From Balanoglossus misakiensis (lineage: Eukaryota; Animalia; Hemichordata): a stretch of DNA of 64,000 nucleotides. Both the position numbers and the translations under genes were made by a program. The first letter of the stretch is position 1. Each line of letters begins with the position of its first letter. Positions 43,982 through 59,400 of the stretch are shown in pieces. Below the pieces are notes generated by a model, which saw nothing but the letters and a program-made list of their open reading frames with translations, was not told the origin of the DNA and made no database searches. The stretch lies in the NCBI GenBank assembly GCA_040954595.2, contig CM082577.2, forward strand, positions 4,278,305 through 4,342,304, read 5' to 3'.

Positions 43982-46900
43982 CTGTCAGGGAAAAGAAAAA
44001 GATCACAATCTTGTAAAATACATTGAATGAATTTGGGAGAAACAAATGATGAAAACATATGAATCACCTCTAATTTACATACTGTATGTCCATATATATT
44101 TCATTATATAAAGCCTAAACCTTATGTATTGCTTTAGCTTTACAGTTTGCCTTGGTCTCCCTGTATTGTAAATGTTGTGTTTTTATTATCTTTTATTGTA
44201 AAGCGCTTTTGAATAATGACGCCAATCCCTGATATTACGGAAAGAAATTCAAAAAGTCCATACGTCGACACAAATCATATAAACGCCTCGGCTCACGCTG
44301 TTCTAGTGACTATAAATGGGTCGACCGTGTCGGCTGTGTTTGTTTTTGAGGGTCTTAATTCGTAGAAATATTGGATCGATTGAAGATGCGCAATCGGATG
44401 TCGGCGATAAATTAACGCTGGTTAGCCGGGATAAGTCTGCCGAGCTGAGTGTTCCTTTGGATTACTTGGAAGTTCCTCAGGAAGTGACCTTTGCCAGTTT
44501 GTGGTTTGAAAAATCCCATTCGATTAGTCAAACATTTTTTCCCATCTTCTCTTCTAATCTCTCTCGACCGAGTTGAATCTCGATTTTGCAGACATACGGA
44601 ATACATTTGCAAGCATTTGACGCTACCCATGGGACCGCGCTGCATATACCTACACATACGTGACGTGAAACCGTGAGATGGCCAACCGGGGCGTTACGCC
44701 ATTAACTAAAGTGGTCCGTGCGAAATGTAATTGATCCGCGTATTCTTTAATTTGAAAAATGATTGAAAAGAATATTGGGCAGCAAAATTAATATACAATT
44801 CTGCTTAGCGTGCTGGATTATCTCAAATTTCGAGTACCCACAAAACTGTCCGTAACTTGAGCCATACCTGAAATAGTGTAAAATTTAATTAACGCGGCTG
44901 AATAATGAACGCCCCCACAATGGCATGTTTCTAATTCCGTCGCTTGATGCACTTTTTTTTCAACCGAGAGTTTAAAATTTCACGCTGCCGCCTATCAATC
45001 AAGCTGCGCGTAGACTTCGTTATGACGTTCCAAAAATACACCCGCCTCACGCGCGCGTATCACCTTGCAGATACCGCTTCTGTGTAGCCGCGGTATTACT
45101 TGTAAGTGCCAAATATATACACATGTACATGTATATATACACACAGAGTTGCCAAACTCCCGCATGACACACGCGAGCGTCTCAGTTCCATCATGCCACT
45201 GTTACGGGCTTTATTGGTGCTGAAACTAAATCCGGCAGATTTTGTTCGCGTTCCAGCGCCCTTCGGGGGACGACAATATTATTGGTGATTACAGATTCGT
45301 GGAGTGTCGCTCATTTCCCGCGGAGTCTTTCGCGTCCTCAGCGTGCATTTTTGTTTCAAGATTGTTTCTGATTGGTCCATGTTCGTCAACGCTGTGTGCT
45401 TGTAGACAGGTGCGCACACCAGGTGTACTGGCAGCAATTGCTGGGATTTTATTAATGTTTAACGTTTAAAAGACTTCTATATAGCGTCTTTTCTACATTA
45501 CATGTACACAATGCAATTTTCAATTACGTCACAGTCCAAACTATTGCGATTGGTTGATATACCGGGATGGTGATCCTGAATCAGAATCGAGGAGCAGTGT
45601 TATTTTCAAGTTGTTTACTTCACACGATGTCGTTGTAAGGTCATTGACCAAACGATATTGTCAAGTAAGACGTGTCATCACGTGACTGTAATATTCAAAC
45701 TACGGAATTTCTCTCTCACAGTGCTCTGACACACGGCTTTTTCAGGTTCAGTCGGGAGAACAACTTTTGGTGACGTCACGCGAAACGAACGCTTACATCT
45801 TAAAGCCCCTGTACAGCAACCGTACCATGTAACAGATTAACGATCTAAAAGGCTACATAAACTTGCAGAAAATTTGAGGAAGTGAATGGTAATTTATACC
45901 TAGCAATTAATATATGACCATCATTGGAGTCCGAGTGGCCATGGGTCTCGCTGTACCGATTTCATGGTTAATCCACACAGGCAGTTGTTGAAGTTAATGA
46001 TGCGTGAACAAATCAATTGAAAGAGTAAATCATCCCCTGCTTTCTTTCATACGTCTAAAATAACAGGGACGTTTTCTGCGTGCAAAATGGCAATATACAC
46101 CAGAACCCGTGAACCACTGGGCTTGTCGAGTTACGATGCCAAGCCATTTGTATAATAGATAACTCACTTTAAACCAACGAATATGATGTAATGACCCGTG
46201 TTGGACACGGATTTGCTTGACAATATTCTCGTCTCTTACTTCTGCCTTGCATCACGGGACTTGTAAAAAACTAACCTACCGAGCGTGACTATTCATAAAT
46301 TGTTAATTTAATCACTACAAATGAAAACTTAATTTACTGTGACTTCATAACTCCCTCGGTGTTTGGTTTAGCTAATGTTCTTCGCGGTTCTGCGATGCTC
46401 TGAAAACTACGCAAACACGAGCTGAGAGACCCTTGGAAGTCTGGACAGCATGCGTGCTTTTCAATTTTGCTTTTCTGATTATGAAAATTTACAGGATATA
46501 TCGTATTTGGGTAGTCAGCCTTTTTATAGGTCTCAACGCTGACACACACACACGCTTTTCATGCGTGAAGCCAGGTTTATAGCTTACAGAATTTATTGTC
46601 GGCTTGGCAACCAGGTTGCGGTTTTATCGATGGTGCTGGAAGGAGTTTGATGTTTGGTTGGTGTTTTCTGTGACCCAGTTGCTAGTTTTAGATTAGTTTT
46701 GGGCAGTCAGGTTGCTATGACAATGACTATGACAAACTCGTTTATATGATATACTTGTCGTTACTTTGAACGTAAAATGTGAAAAAGTGACATACAGCGG
46801 GACTTCAATGCTTGTGGTTTAAAGTAAAACCGCCCCTTTTGGTGAGAAAGCTGTATGCACTGAGCAACTCTCTTATACTCTATCAGTTTCACATTCCAAA

Positions 46901-49900
46901 ACATAGACATGTCAATTTACATGTACGCTGACTATTCAAGTATCTCTGCCAGTTTCAAAATAGAAACAGCCAACGATAAAAGCTTGCCGCGAATGGAATG
47001 GCAAAAATCCAACTATATTAAAGAATAGGTATTAGACCTCGCTTCTTGATTAGCGCCATTAAGAGAGGCTGGTGGCACGCGCGCACGAGAGTCAGCGCCG
47101 GGCAAGTGGTTCGCGGTGGATTCAAAAGACTGACAGCCTCGTTCGCTTGGAGAAACCGTTCATGATTGACGTTGCGAATTGAACCCTAGCTGGACGCACT
47201 GGGAGACGCGCGCGCGCGGCTTATACGTCGACCGGGCTTTTTTTTTCTTCAGTTTTATGCCGCGATTGCGAGGTCAGTGGCTTACTGCCGACTCTTGTTC
47301 GCTAATTGGTCTTCCCTTTCTGCACTGTCACTGGAAATTTTCGCATTAATTTGACTCAATTTCCAAATCAAGTCGAGGAAAATGGCAAATGAGCGTAAAA
47401 GCGGACCACTTTGGCGTAATCAGCGTGGCTTGTAAAAAAAGAGCGCAATTACCGACGCAACTTTTCAACTCGCATCTCTCGCAGGGGTTCCTCGCACAAC
47501 TTAACAATACATTGAATCTGGTTTATCTTCGAGCATTAGCGGTAATCATAGCTTCCTTCATCGACGGACACTTAATGTTCGAACAGTAAACACCTTTTAA
47601 AACCCAGAAACTGACATTTTGTCGGGGCATAAACTTTAGTCTGATGTTTTAGTGGCGGCTCTAAACCCGACATGCAATTCTTTTATTATGAGAATCCCGG
47701 TCATGGCTTCATTTAAAATTTTACAACAAGGGACAATTTTTATTCATCTCGAATTTGGCTTTACCCCCCCCCCCCCGCGATCTTGTCAATCAACGCGAGA
47801 ACATGCGTGTAAATCCACTCGCTTGAATTCAAGTCAGACTTGTTCAACTGACTGGGTATTTTTTATTACTCGGTCCTTCATTTCATCAGACATTTCAGAT
47901 CATTAACCGTCGAGAAAGGTTTGGCGACGTGATTTCTTCCCGAGACAGATCGGGTTAAGTTTTAGATCAGGGGTCATGATGTAATTCCTCAGCGCAAACT
48001 GAATTTCAGCGCGATTACACTTACGCTTGCGTCGTTTCAAATCTATCCTCGGTGATACAATCTCGGTGTCTCTCATACTGCGCGCACGACACCGCAGATT
48101 CCACCAAATCCCGCGTCTTTGTGAGAGAAGACATACACGCAGCTTCATTTGTGCGGTTTACACAACCAGTCCGCGTAAGACCGACTGTTTTCATGGCGAC
48201 GCAAGCGCGCGAAGTGGCGGAAAAGCACCGCTGGGTTCTGAGCAGTCTCACAGATAGAATGAAATTCGCGAAAAAATCCGATACACAATGGAATGCTGAT
48301 ATCTGTTCATCTATATGATTGACACTTTTGTTGGTTTCGCCATTCTGGTTTCGCAGGGCTTTATCAATACTTAAACAGGGATAGGAAAAAATGGAGCTTT
48401 CACTCACCTCTTTAATTTCCGAGATCGTCATCCTCAATTATTTATGGTATATCCTGCAATAAATAAATGAAAGAAAAAGCCTGTTCAATCTTGGTGGATA
48501 CGGTAGTTCTGTCCTGGAGTTAATGCTCATCCGGATCGGACCCATTGACGACCAACCTGAGCCATGTACGCCCGTGCTACCTACACTCGCTTTATTCCGC
48601 GGTTTCAGCTTGTGTGTGTACACTTTGTACACTGGGTCCTCGCTGATCATGCGCAGTTGAGACTGCCTCTCACACTCGACATCTGAAGCGAGAACCGGTG
48701 GAATTTCAGCGCTTTGATGCTCAAGTCCACTCGACCTAATTCCAGACTCCCCGAGAGCACGATTCTTGTGGGTTTTTTGAGTAAGAAACGGGTAATGAAA
48801 TAACCGGAGGGGGTCTGTATACAGTATATTTTGAGAATCTGTTAGAATGAAAACGGTCTTGCTGGACAAAGCACCGGCCACTCGGCGTTCTTTATTAAAC
48901 AGAGGCGGAATAATATCTCGTTTAGTATTCATTATAAAAATCGCTTTCGATTGATTTCGGCTTTTTCTTCTATTGTGTGGGATTTTTCCCATGTATCGCC
49001 ATTCAGTACGCGTTATCTAATCACGTGACAGTGATGTAATTGAAAACAAAAGAGTCATCACGAACGGCGAGTGGCACAACATCTACCTAAGGTTCACTGT
49101 GTTTGGTTTGATCCGCGCGGACAGCACGCCATGACGACGTAGCTTCGACTTCGATTCAGAAACAGAGGTCTCAAAATTAGCTTGGTTCCGACAATAGCGG
49201 TAGCACGTGAAGCAATAAATGTACCTTGGTTTACAGCCAGAGGTTTTCTATGCACTGGCCTAATAAAACTAATTAAGAGTTTAAAGTGTGACGGAGCAGA
49301 CAGAGTGAATCAAGCGGAGATGTTAGCACCAATAGGGCATGGATACAACTACACGTTGCAGTCCTGTTTTCAGACTTTTATTCAAAAACGATATTTCCAC
49401 TAGAAAACTGAATAAGATCTTGGCTTCAATACGATTTTGTTCACTCCAAAATTTAATTCTAACCTTTCGCCACCTGTGTCTAGTGTACACTTAATATAAT
49501 CAAATGAGAAAGTTACCAACGCGACAGCTGTACTCTCCACATTCATATTTTGTATTTATAGTATGATTGATATTAAAAGCAGGTGGTCGTTTCAAAACTC
49601 TAATCGATGCGTTATTGAACGTTGCGACTGAAATAAACCACTCGCGCATATTTACAAAAGTGATACATGTTTTCAGCCGAATCTTTTATATCAACACGTG
49701 AAACAAAATGAATTATTTCGATAAGGCATTCGTCCAGATCAATGTACGATTGCGTGTAACTGCTCCGGAGTTGATCAGCCCGCTTTGGTATCGTAAATTG
49801 CCTTTTCTTATTACGTTCATTGTTCAATTGGTAAAGAAAATGGTAGGAATTGGTAATTTTGTTACTGGTTCGCTTAATCAAGTTACAATATTGGACGTGG

Positions 49901-52620
49901 AACCACCTCTGCACACATTCGCATTTGTTAGAACGAGATATCAGTTGCAACCGCATTGCACACCAGATCTCAACGCGGAGTGGTGGTACATGTATAACAG
50001 CAGAAGCGTACCCTGTGACGTTAGCTGCTTACCCTGTGACGTCAGTCAACGAACGCGCGGACCGAAATAACCTGCTCACGTTATGATCATTTCTTATCAA
50101 AAGTTAACGTTCCTTGGGGTAGTTATACTAGTGGTATTGGTGTGGTGGTTGCTGCTTTTGAAAACAGAAGAAAGGTACGTTTATTGTAAGAATACATTTG
50201 TCTTGATGTACAGTTGAGTCACAATCTACGCGATTAGTATTAGGTGCGTTACAGAGTCTATACGGAGGGCATTGTCGGCCTGATGCATGCACTCATTGTA
50301 ATCAAATCAGGATCATTTGTGAAAGGCGACGAGTAAACGCATTTATTATATTTTTCCAAACTTAAAGAAGGGGAGGCTGACACTAATTCTATTTAACCGG
50401 GGCTTTTATTCAAATTTCGCGAGCTCAACGCAGGTGATCCCTCGTGAATAAAATTCACGTGTATCCGTGATGATTGTCAAAGAAATAATCTGATACTACC
50501 AGAAAGCTTTGAGTAAAACGGTTGATTGAACGGCGGTCGTCAAAAAGGCCCTCCTTGCCAAAAGATCCAGCAATGCATTGAAAGCACGGTAAATGAATGA
50601 GTTCTGAGCCATCGCAATTACTCCCGACCCTCAAGGTGAAAAGGATTAAATTTGAAACCTCAGACACGATCTATAATTTACAAAAATGCTTTCCAGAATT
50701 CCGCTGATCTAGCAAGCATAAACATTTAAAGCAATAAACTGGTATATATTTTTTATATCCTACCTAAAAAAGAAAAACGTTGTGCAATTAATGGTTACAA
50801 ATTTATCATTTCCACCGATTGCCATGTTTCCCCGTGTGACAGACGGTGTAATATTGAAAATTACTCGTTTAAAGTTTTGATGAAAAACATGATATTGTGC
50901 CCTTTAAAACCATAAATGTTTCAATGTAGTTAAACACCCTCCCATAAAATAATAAAACGTTGATATTGTCGGTAGCAAGCATTTTTCCTGATGGAGATTT
51001 TATGATAAAATGCTTTTGTTGTATAAAAGACGAAACAGTTGACTCCGAGCTAACTCCGGAAGTAGCGAGTGGACCAACTCTTTGGCGGAACACGATGGCG
51101 CGATGTCGGCACTAGTCGTCGCCGACAATCAAGAAATTATGTTTCTACCTGTCACATTCCTCCAGTAAATATTGAAAATTTTATGCGGAAGGTCGGTCAT
51201 CTGACGAGAACCGCCCCGCAATCAACTTGATAACCATGCTTCCCTTCTGTAATGGTGTCTTTATGTTCCGCTCGACCAAATTCCTTGCCAGCGTCGACAA
51301 AGTGGAAAATCGACTCAATTCTGCTTGAAAACACTTAGAGGCCGTAGTGAATGTAATTTTTCCATCACTAGACGCTGAAGAGAAGCTTGACGATTTCCGA
51401 CGTACTTGTCTGGCAGTGGTAATGAGATTTTCGAATGAGGGGATCTGGTGGGGACGTGATTTGATACTAAGTTGGTTTTACCATCGCTAGGAGTAGCTTG
51501 ACCTTTTGACGTTCGCTGTGTAGTAACGTTCGTGAATGTCTGAGCGGCTGGAACAAGAAACCTGTTCTCCATGTTCGACGAATGAAGAAAGCATATAAGC
51601 TGATACTGGGACAAAGCGGGTACGTCAAATCAGGTTTTATCGGTGAAGCAAACGAGTACAGGCTTCATCTACATGTATATAGGTTGTAACGTTTACCTGG
51701 TGGAGTATACGAGACTATTTGAGGGAATATGCAAACCTTATACTCTATTTCATATTATGTTTAGACACACGGAACAATATGATTGAGGATACAGATCGTC
51801 GACCCATCCAATACTTGCGTCACTTTGATTTATTTACTCGTGTCGTGTCCTCGCGCGTCGGACACGCAACCCCTTTTCAGTGTACCGCCGAGTCACGGTT
51901 ATAGCTTTATCGGTCACTTACATCGATGACGACCCTGATGTGATGACGACCCTGATGTTCTTTCCCAAGGTCAAGGGTTGAAGCGAACCCGCAATATCTG
52001 AAAATCCAATTGCGATCGTCTTTCGCTCCCTGGAATAGACTCATAAGATCAAAGACGGCGCGGCGTCCCGCGTCTTTGTTCGGTGTTAAATTTTTGCCGC
52101 GTTACTATCACATGACGTTAACGTTGTGCACAGACATTGAGGGAAAACACGACTCTCTGTACTTTTACAGTTACAATTTTTGACTGAAGCCAAGCTCTGT
52201 CGTTGTCTGCAAAGCTCAGCGACGGCCCGGAGAAACGCGCAGTGTATTAAAGATATCTGTTACCTTCAGTGACGATATTAATTTTTATCACCGCGCCCAT
52301 CAAACGGCCAAGGTGCCACCAATTAGATGTTATGACAGAACACGATATGTTATTCACACTGCGGTGCTATGTGAGACGTTGCGCCATGCTGCGACGATAT
52401 AACACTTTCATTCCAAATCCCATCGATACGGGCAAAAATGGAATATATAAAGACACCTCAAAGTGTGTTACCATGGAGACAGATCATATTTTGTGTAAAT
52501 CCATAAAAAACTTAACTGATCTGACATTTTGCTCTGAAGTTGTGTAATATTGATTGAAATCCGTTGGCACGAATCGTATCTGAGTTTGCTTGGCTATATC
52601 AACTGCAAATTAAATACTGA

Positions 52621-52716
<96 letters not shown>
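52621..52716. repeat. (CAT)32 microsatellite
   Basis: Read directly; source of the poly-Ile ORF artefact. Confidence 0.97.
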
Positions 52717-55700
52717 TCGCGATTTGAAAAGAGACCCGGTGTCATTTTTTGTCATGTTTGTTAAGACTCGTTGAATTGAAATCCCGCTCCGCAGACGCGA
52801 CTGTCATTATCCGCCGGCCTGGCAAGATATCACCCTCTCGTAATGACGCATTCCACTTTCTAATAATAGTGAAGGTTGAAAGACTTCAGTCATTGAGGAA
52901 CAGAAGCGAATACTCGAAACGTAGCCGCGCTTTGTTCAGCGTCGCTCCTTCTCATCCAACATTCAAACGCAGCATGCTGTAACCAAGGACCCGCGCCTTG
53001 CAACTACCATCATACATTCCTACGCATTAGCAATAAAACGCATACAGAATATGAACTGTTTTCCAATTAAACCAAAAGCTGTATTCATTTAACCTCGACT
53101 GAAAAAAAAATTCTTCATCGAGCGCAAATTGTACCTATGCGATGATAGATAATCTAGCAAATATTATTACCTCAGGCGATAGCGAAGTGATGTTGGTACT
53201 GTTGACGAGAATGAAAACCGTGGTAAAATCGAAGTATTGAATTCATGATAATATCGGCTTACATCGAACCAAACGACATTACAATTTCGAGGAATATTGG
53301 ATAAATCTAGTGACCACTTTACTACAAGAAACACATGGTCATTTACAAACCAAATACAGACGTAATATATCCCAATTTACACGAACAGGAACAGACTTGC
53401 GCTTCTTTGTAATAGTCAAACATATATTGATTTTGGTATACAATATGTTTGTAGGAGAAGTCGGGGGACTTAATTCCTTTGGTTGTTTTTCTGACTCGAC
53501 GTGTTTAACAAAATCAAATAGCAAGACTTCACAGAAACCTTTATAGACGCTTGTCATGGTGAATGTTTCGAATTCTGGTAAGTAGGCCCAGACATCTTCC
53601 AGAACACACACAAAAATGATTTCTTTAATCATTTCTTGATACGATCTGTCAACGCTCCCCGCCTGGGCTCAACGTTGTGTTCCGTCAGACCGACATGAAA
53701 TCAAACGGGAGTTTGGATCTTTGGGATGTTTTAAAAAAAACTACTCACCCGACTGTTTGGTGTGTTTTCCGAATCCCAAGGAAGAGAAAAATGACCGTCG
53801 GGAAATTTGCGCACACTTGCAGAACGGTACCATCGGCCTTACTCAGGCAACTCCGGGGAAAAATCTCATTACACGCACTCATTGTTCGCGTTTACCGTCT
53901 GAAGTGATGAGGGTCGCCCTGCCTGCGCGCACGAATTCTGCCTGGGCCAAACCATTCCCCGTGAAGGGTGTGGATGCGTCAAGTCCAGCCAATTTCAAAC
54001 CGGTATACTAAGTACTCACTGCCCATGAGCAAACGGTTTGATTTACGCGTAGTCCCTCTCTGTGTGGAGTGACTATGATTCGCGGCACCGATTTGCGGCC
54101 AAGTGAGATTGACTCCTGTATAAATAGAACACACCTGATATCACCCATCACGTGATACAAAATTCCTCCAGAACAATATGACTGCTATACACCACATAGA
54201 ATCGTCGGCAGTTTCAATTTAGCCTTCAAGCAGTCAGTCAGTCAGTCAGTCAATCAATGATGTAAATATCATTTGACCTAGTCCTTGAACTTGAACATTT
54301 GAAAAAAATATAGATAGATACATCTGAGTGTGATAAACAACGATTTTTAGCTCAGTTGATGAGCGTTCAATTTGCAGATTCGGACTATTTGATTAGCTCA
54401 TTTCGACTGACCAGGTGTGATTTCCCCACTCTTGCAAGGTGCAGTCGTTTCATAAGTGGGGGGGGGGGGCGATCGATTTTCCAAAAGTGGTCAGTTGGAT
54501 ATCGATGAAATATACCCCGGCCGCGAAAAAGTGATTTTTTTTGCAAAATTTAACCTATGACCGATGGGAGGGTTTGATTCAAATAAAATTTGAATGGAAT
54601 TCGGCATGGGTCGTACTTCAAGCCCCCCCCCCCGGCGCTATCAAATATGTCTCCCTGTACCTGTCAGTAATCGTTAGCGCGCGTAAAGATGATGATGGTT
54701 CCATCGCCACCTTCGTGACAAATCAGTCGTCATCGCGCCGATATGGAACTCGTAAATTGGAGCGAGAGGCCAATCCGCCTCAATCATCGGAGTTTCAGCA
54801 CATCCCCAGAACTAGTGACATATGCATATGTTTGTAGATTACATCTGATCTCGACGAGGTTTCATTCGAGGCGGTTGTTACAAAATACGGTGATCAAATC
54901 AAGCATTTGCGTCGGCGTATATCTACATGCATCACCACAGTAACCCTGCCAGGGGCGCAATGATCACTCGTGCCTCGTTTTCGTCGCGATTACCTTCCGG
55001 TCAGGCAACCGGATTTCTAATCACAAGGTTAGCTGGAAACGGTTCACTGATTCTGATGATGTGAAGTTTTTGATGTGTGGTGAGACGAACGTGATCAGCC
55101 ACTATTAATCGACATCCGCAAGCTAGAGATTTGTGTGTGTTTGTGTGCTTTCACGTGGATTACACAAAGTCTGACATTCATGTTTTTTCTGGAGGAGATG
55201 TTCCCAGGATAAGTTTCATACACGTTGTAGTTGACAATAACATCTCATGATTCAGCACAGCACAGCTAAAACACACAGTGGACAAAAAAGCCAAAACAAC
55301 GTGAAAAATCGACAACTTTGTCCGTCTGTAAACGGCCTTATGACATAATCGATTTTTACAACTGTTTACTGCGCTGCTGTCCACGTCCGTTTTCTGTGGC
55401 TATAGTGTCGAATCACGTCACCTGGGTCTCTTCGTTCGTTCGCGACGATTTGTGAGAAGGCCTCACTGTCTGATGACGTCGGTTTTACACTTTTCCACCG
55501 AGGTGTCATTAGTCTCTCGTCCAGTCGCGCGCTTTTTAATTAGAAAATTCACACTATTCCGAGCTCAGATTGTCATAATCAAAGTAGTATATAACTTTGA
55601 GCCCAATGGCCTTTAGCCCTTCGCAAATACAGAAATCCACTTAGCAAAATTAAAAATTTCCTTTTTGAAACATTATGCTGATTATGAATGCGGAGAACTA

Positions 55701-56319
55701 TAACACGAGGATCTCGGTTAATTGGAGGAAAGCATCAACGATCGTTCGAAAATTAATCTTTCTGTTTTCCACCCACAATATGTCGGCGACTTCAGCGTCT
55801 CGAAGCTCGGCTAAATGTGTTTTTAGAGTAGTCCACATTATGCGCAGTGCGCTCCGTTCAGGTCAACCAAGGGTGACACGTTATCCATCGCAGCATTAAG
55901 ACATATTTAGGTTGTTGTGTGACTGTTATACTAATGACGTCTTCACATGACAAATGTTTGAACAAAAATTGCTGCGGCGGTCTCGATGCATTGTAGACCC
56001 GAGCGGCGAGCAGACTGAAACTTCAGAAAAAGTACCCTGCAGCGCGTGGTGAAACCGCGACTCGACTGCCGACGGAACTTGTCCACCCGGGGGTGGAGTG
56101 CAATAATTGTAAACGCATCTGTTCCCAGCAGACTGCCGCGTTCTTATTCCAATGGGAGTAAACCCCCGGGTGTGGGAATCCGTTCGTTTCATCTTCTTCA
56201 AAACGTGACAATTAAATGAAGTCTGTCGTCGGTCGCTTCAAATTAACCCAATTAGATCATCTCCCGAGTAATGTATTCCACCCGCACGGCATCGCAAACG
56301 CGTGAAATGCATACATTAC

Positions 56320-56466
56320 ATGCAGCTCTTCCTCGCGGACGGAATTACCCGCCGTGCGCGGAGCCGGAGCAGACTTCGATTGGGATATTCGACAGGAATG
56401 CCAAGCGGGGAGAAGTGGCTGCAGTTTGAGAAGCGGGAAAGGAAGTGCGTGCGTCGATTTTGACAT
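56320..56466 (-). CDS. Candidate first coding exon of the ERG-like channel (49 aa)
   Basis: ATG at 56466 is open to CAT|GTAATG (phase 0, compatible with the acceptor at 43981). Upstream in-frame stop and a tttcag acceptor at 56569-56570. No homology recognised. Confidence 0.3.
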
Positions 56467-59400
56467 CGGATGACAGCGCACATATTGATTAAGGCAGTCC
56501 CGATGGATCCATTTGGACACCTTAAGTCCACCTTAAGTGAATTCCTCTCGAGAGAATACTTTACTTAACTGAAATTCATTATATGCATTTCCCATGCGGC
56601 AGTCCGGGCTGCTTTTGCTAGCAGGTTAGATTAGCGTCCAAGCGAGCGTTATTTGGCGGCAGATGTGCGCGTTCTTGTCCTTAATATAATGCATAAATAC
56701 CTACACCATTACTGATCCAAGAAAATAAATTGCATGCTTTGTAATAGGCAACTCGAATCCAGTGAAAAATTTCTAGCCGGGTCATAAGTTGCCCCAGTTC
56801 ATAGGAAGCACAACGCTTAAGTTATTGCTGAAAGAAGACACTTTGGCTGGGTAATTTGTCATCATTTTGTGCGTTCCGTAATCGAATAAGAAAATAGATT
56901 TACAATTTCACAGAAAATGCGATTTCACAAGAATCCGCCAACAACAAAAAAACCTGTTCGTAAATATGGTTGATTCTTTGGGATCACTCCAACTCGTCTA
57001 CTGTAAGCCAGGGCTTACTATATTGCGTTTTCTGACAAGTGAGCTCTAGCCACCTTTATTATGTAAATTTATTCCATTATCTATCTTGAAAGCGTAAGTA
57101 ATTTCTCATTTTGTCAATATCTACATTATGTATCATTAATAATCTGCGGCCTTAAGACCCGTGCATGTTGCACGTCGTCCGTCTTAGTTACTTGGTGTGG
57201 CTCGACATGATGAGCAAACGGTTGTGATTTAATATGAATACCGGGTAATCGGGCCAGTTTTCTACTGCGGGGAAAGATATAGTTAGCGCTTAACTTCACG
57301 AAGACCTGCAGACACCACTCCGGTATAACAGCATGGCAGGCACTTTCTCCATGTTTCTAAAGGGACATATTTCTGGACGCGGTGTTCATTAGCATAATGG
57401 TGTTGGAACTCGCAGTGAAATAGGTATCCATGCCCGTTCCTCAAAATTTCAAGATGCAAAACCAAGTCCAAACAGAAAAATCCCATTGCGTCATAATCTC
57501 GTAAAAATGAAATTGATTGTGTACATTTAGTAAATCGTGATAAAAGAAACAATGTTTGCGAATGTGAAGTGGCGTGGAACTGATAGGAAAATTATTCGCG
57601 CGGCTAACTCGAGTTGTGGACGACACTCCGCCATCTTCATTTCGTCCAGCAAGAGTGGTATCACAGTGACACAGAATTTCAATTCAGGTGTAGCAGACGG
57701 TATGACGTCGTGAGTGTTTCCGTTTCACCTGAGGCATTACGGGTAATTCAAGTGTGGTTGTCACGCTTTAGTTGTCATCGATCACGGAACTCGGAGCGAC
57801 AGGCGTCAAAATCTACTAGGCAATAAATTATGATTGAGTTTCACAGTAACATGACATATGTATAAATAATGTATCCTTGTAACAACGCTGAGTGCCTATC
57901 TCGCATTACGGAGAAGGCAAGCGGCTAATTTGAAAATTTGGCTTTGTTTTCAGACTGATTTACTTTATTTTTGTTCAACGTTTGGACCAAATCTAATCTC
58001 TTCTACCGCATGGAAACATATACACACCGCAATCACTGTTTTAACGTCACTATTATGCGTGACACGTTTGTTATTTCTAATAACCGTAAAAACAGGCAAT
58101 AGAAACTGTGGGCAATTATGTTTGAATTACTTGTATGACTACCGTTTCATTGTAAAAGATTCCAACTGAAATAGGAAACAGGGAAGTTACTTCCGGAAGC
58201 ACTTGGTTGGAATCGCGGTGGAATCTCTTTCCCTCAAAGTCACGTTGTCTCTCCGGCATCTCAAGAAGAGAATGCAATTCCTTTATTTCTGAAACCGAGT
58301 CGTTCGATTCGGACATTGGAGAATTAAACTCAAAACAGGTTTCTTCGTCGAGATCATCAACGTAACCGACTCTATGTTTATGATAAAGTAAACCATAGAC
58401 AGTAGTAATTTCCCCTTAAAGATCGAATATCTTGTTATTAGGGCGCTAGAATCGTGCATCTTCCACGTCATTTGATAATTATATGACGTCAGTCAAGAAC
58501 GAAAATACGAATAGAAACATGCCAGTGCATAAGCTATAGGCATTTTACCGGTGACATTTTAATATGGCCACCGTGTTTTTGTGTTCACACCCAGTACGTT
58601 AGACGCATGGCGACAGTTTCATTTCCAACGTTCGGCGTCGACATAAGAGGCAGTTACTGAAAAAAACGTCGCCAATTACACACGATATAGGGGTGAGAAC
58701 GGCATGAATACCAAGTGATTACTAAACTACGAGAAACTATGTGAAGTGCACGCGCGACTTCGTTCAGTGTGTCGCAATTTGGAGAATAAAGAAGGGCTCC
58801 GCAAAATCAATACGATAGCGGAAGATAAATTGCAATGTAATTTCGTCGTCTGTCGGCGAGGCCCCCGCCATTACTGATGACGTCGACCGCCATTACAGCT
58901 CATCTGTTGGAGAGAAATGTTGCACCTGTTCGGTTGAAAAAGTAAAGAATCGATTGGCGATAATAATCAACGGACAATCTCTGTGAAACCATTAGCACGC
59001 CGATGTCTTAGATTCTTCGCCATCAGTTTTTGTCCATTCGAGAACACTGCTCGATTTGATGGCCAAATGGAAGAAAAACGCCTCTCAGTGTAAATTCGTC
59101 CCTGGTAATGGCGTTGCTATCACCTGCGTGTCATTCGGATGTGATTTATTGGCGAAACTATAACAGTCTGCTCGTTCGCATTAGTGCCGTAGATAATTCA
59201 ATATTTACTTCAGTTGGTGTACAGGGACAAACATATACATCCTCATGGAGAGGAACAGTTATATAGAAACATGCAACTGACTCCCAAACTCGGCGGGTTA
59301 GGCAAACGCGTTTATTGTGTGGAAAGATGGAACAAGGTGTGTGTAAAATGTACCTATAATCGAGTATAGAGGACTCAAAATCTATGAAAAGAGAAAGATT

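Noticed and set aside
51925-51958. 17-bp tandem duplication GATGACGACCCTGATGT (also short duplications near 50010 and 56518)
   Set aside because: Two-copy slippage duplications with no spacer structure; not CRISPR-like.
52550-52774. Poly-isoleucine ORF
   Set aside because: Translation of the (CAT)n microsatellite.
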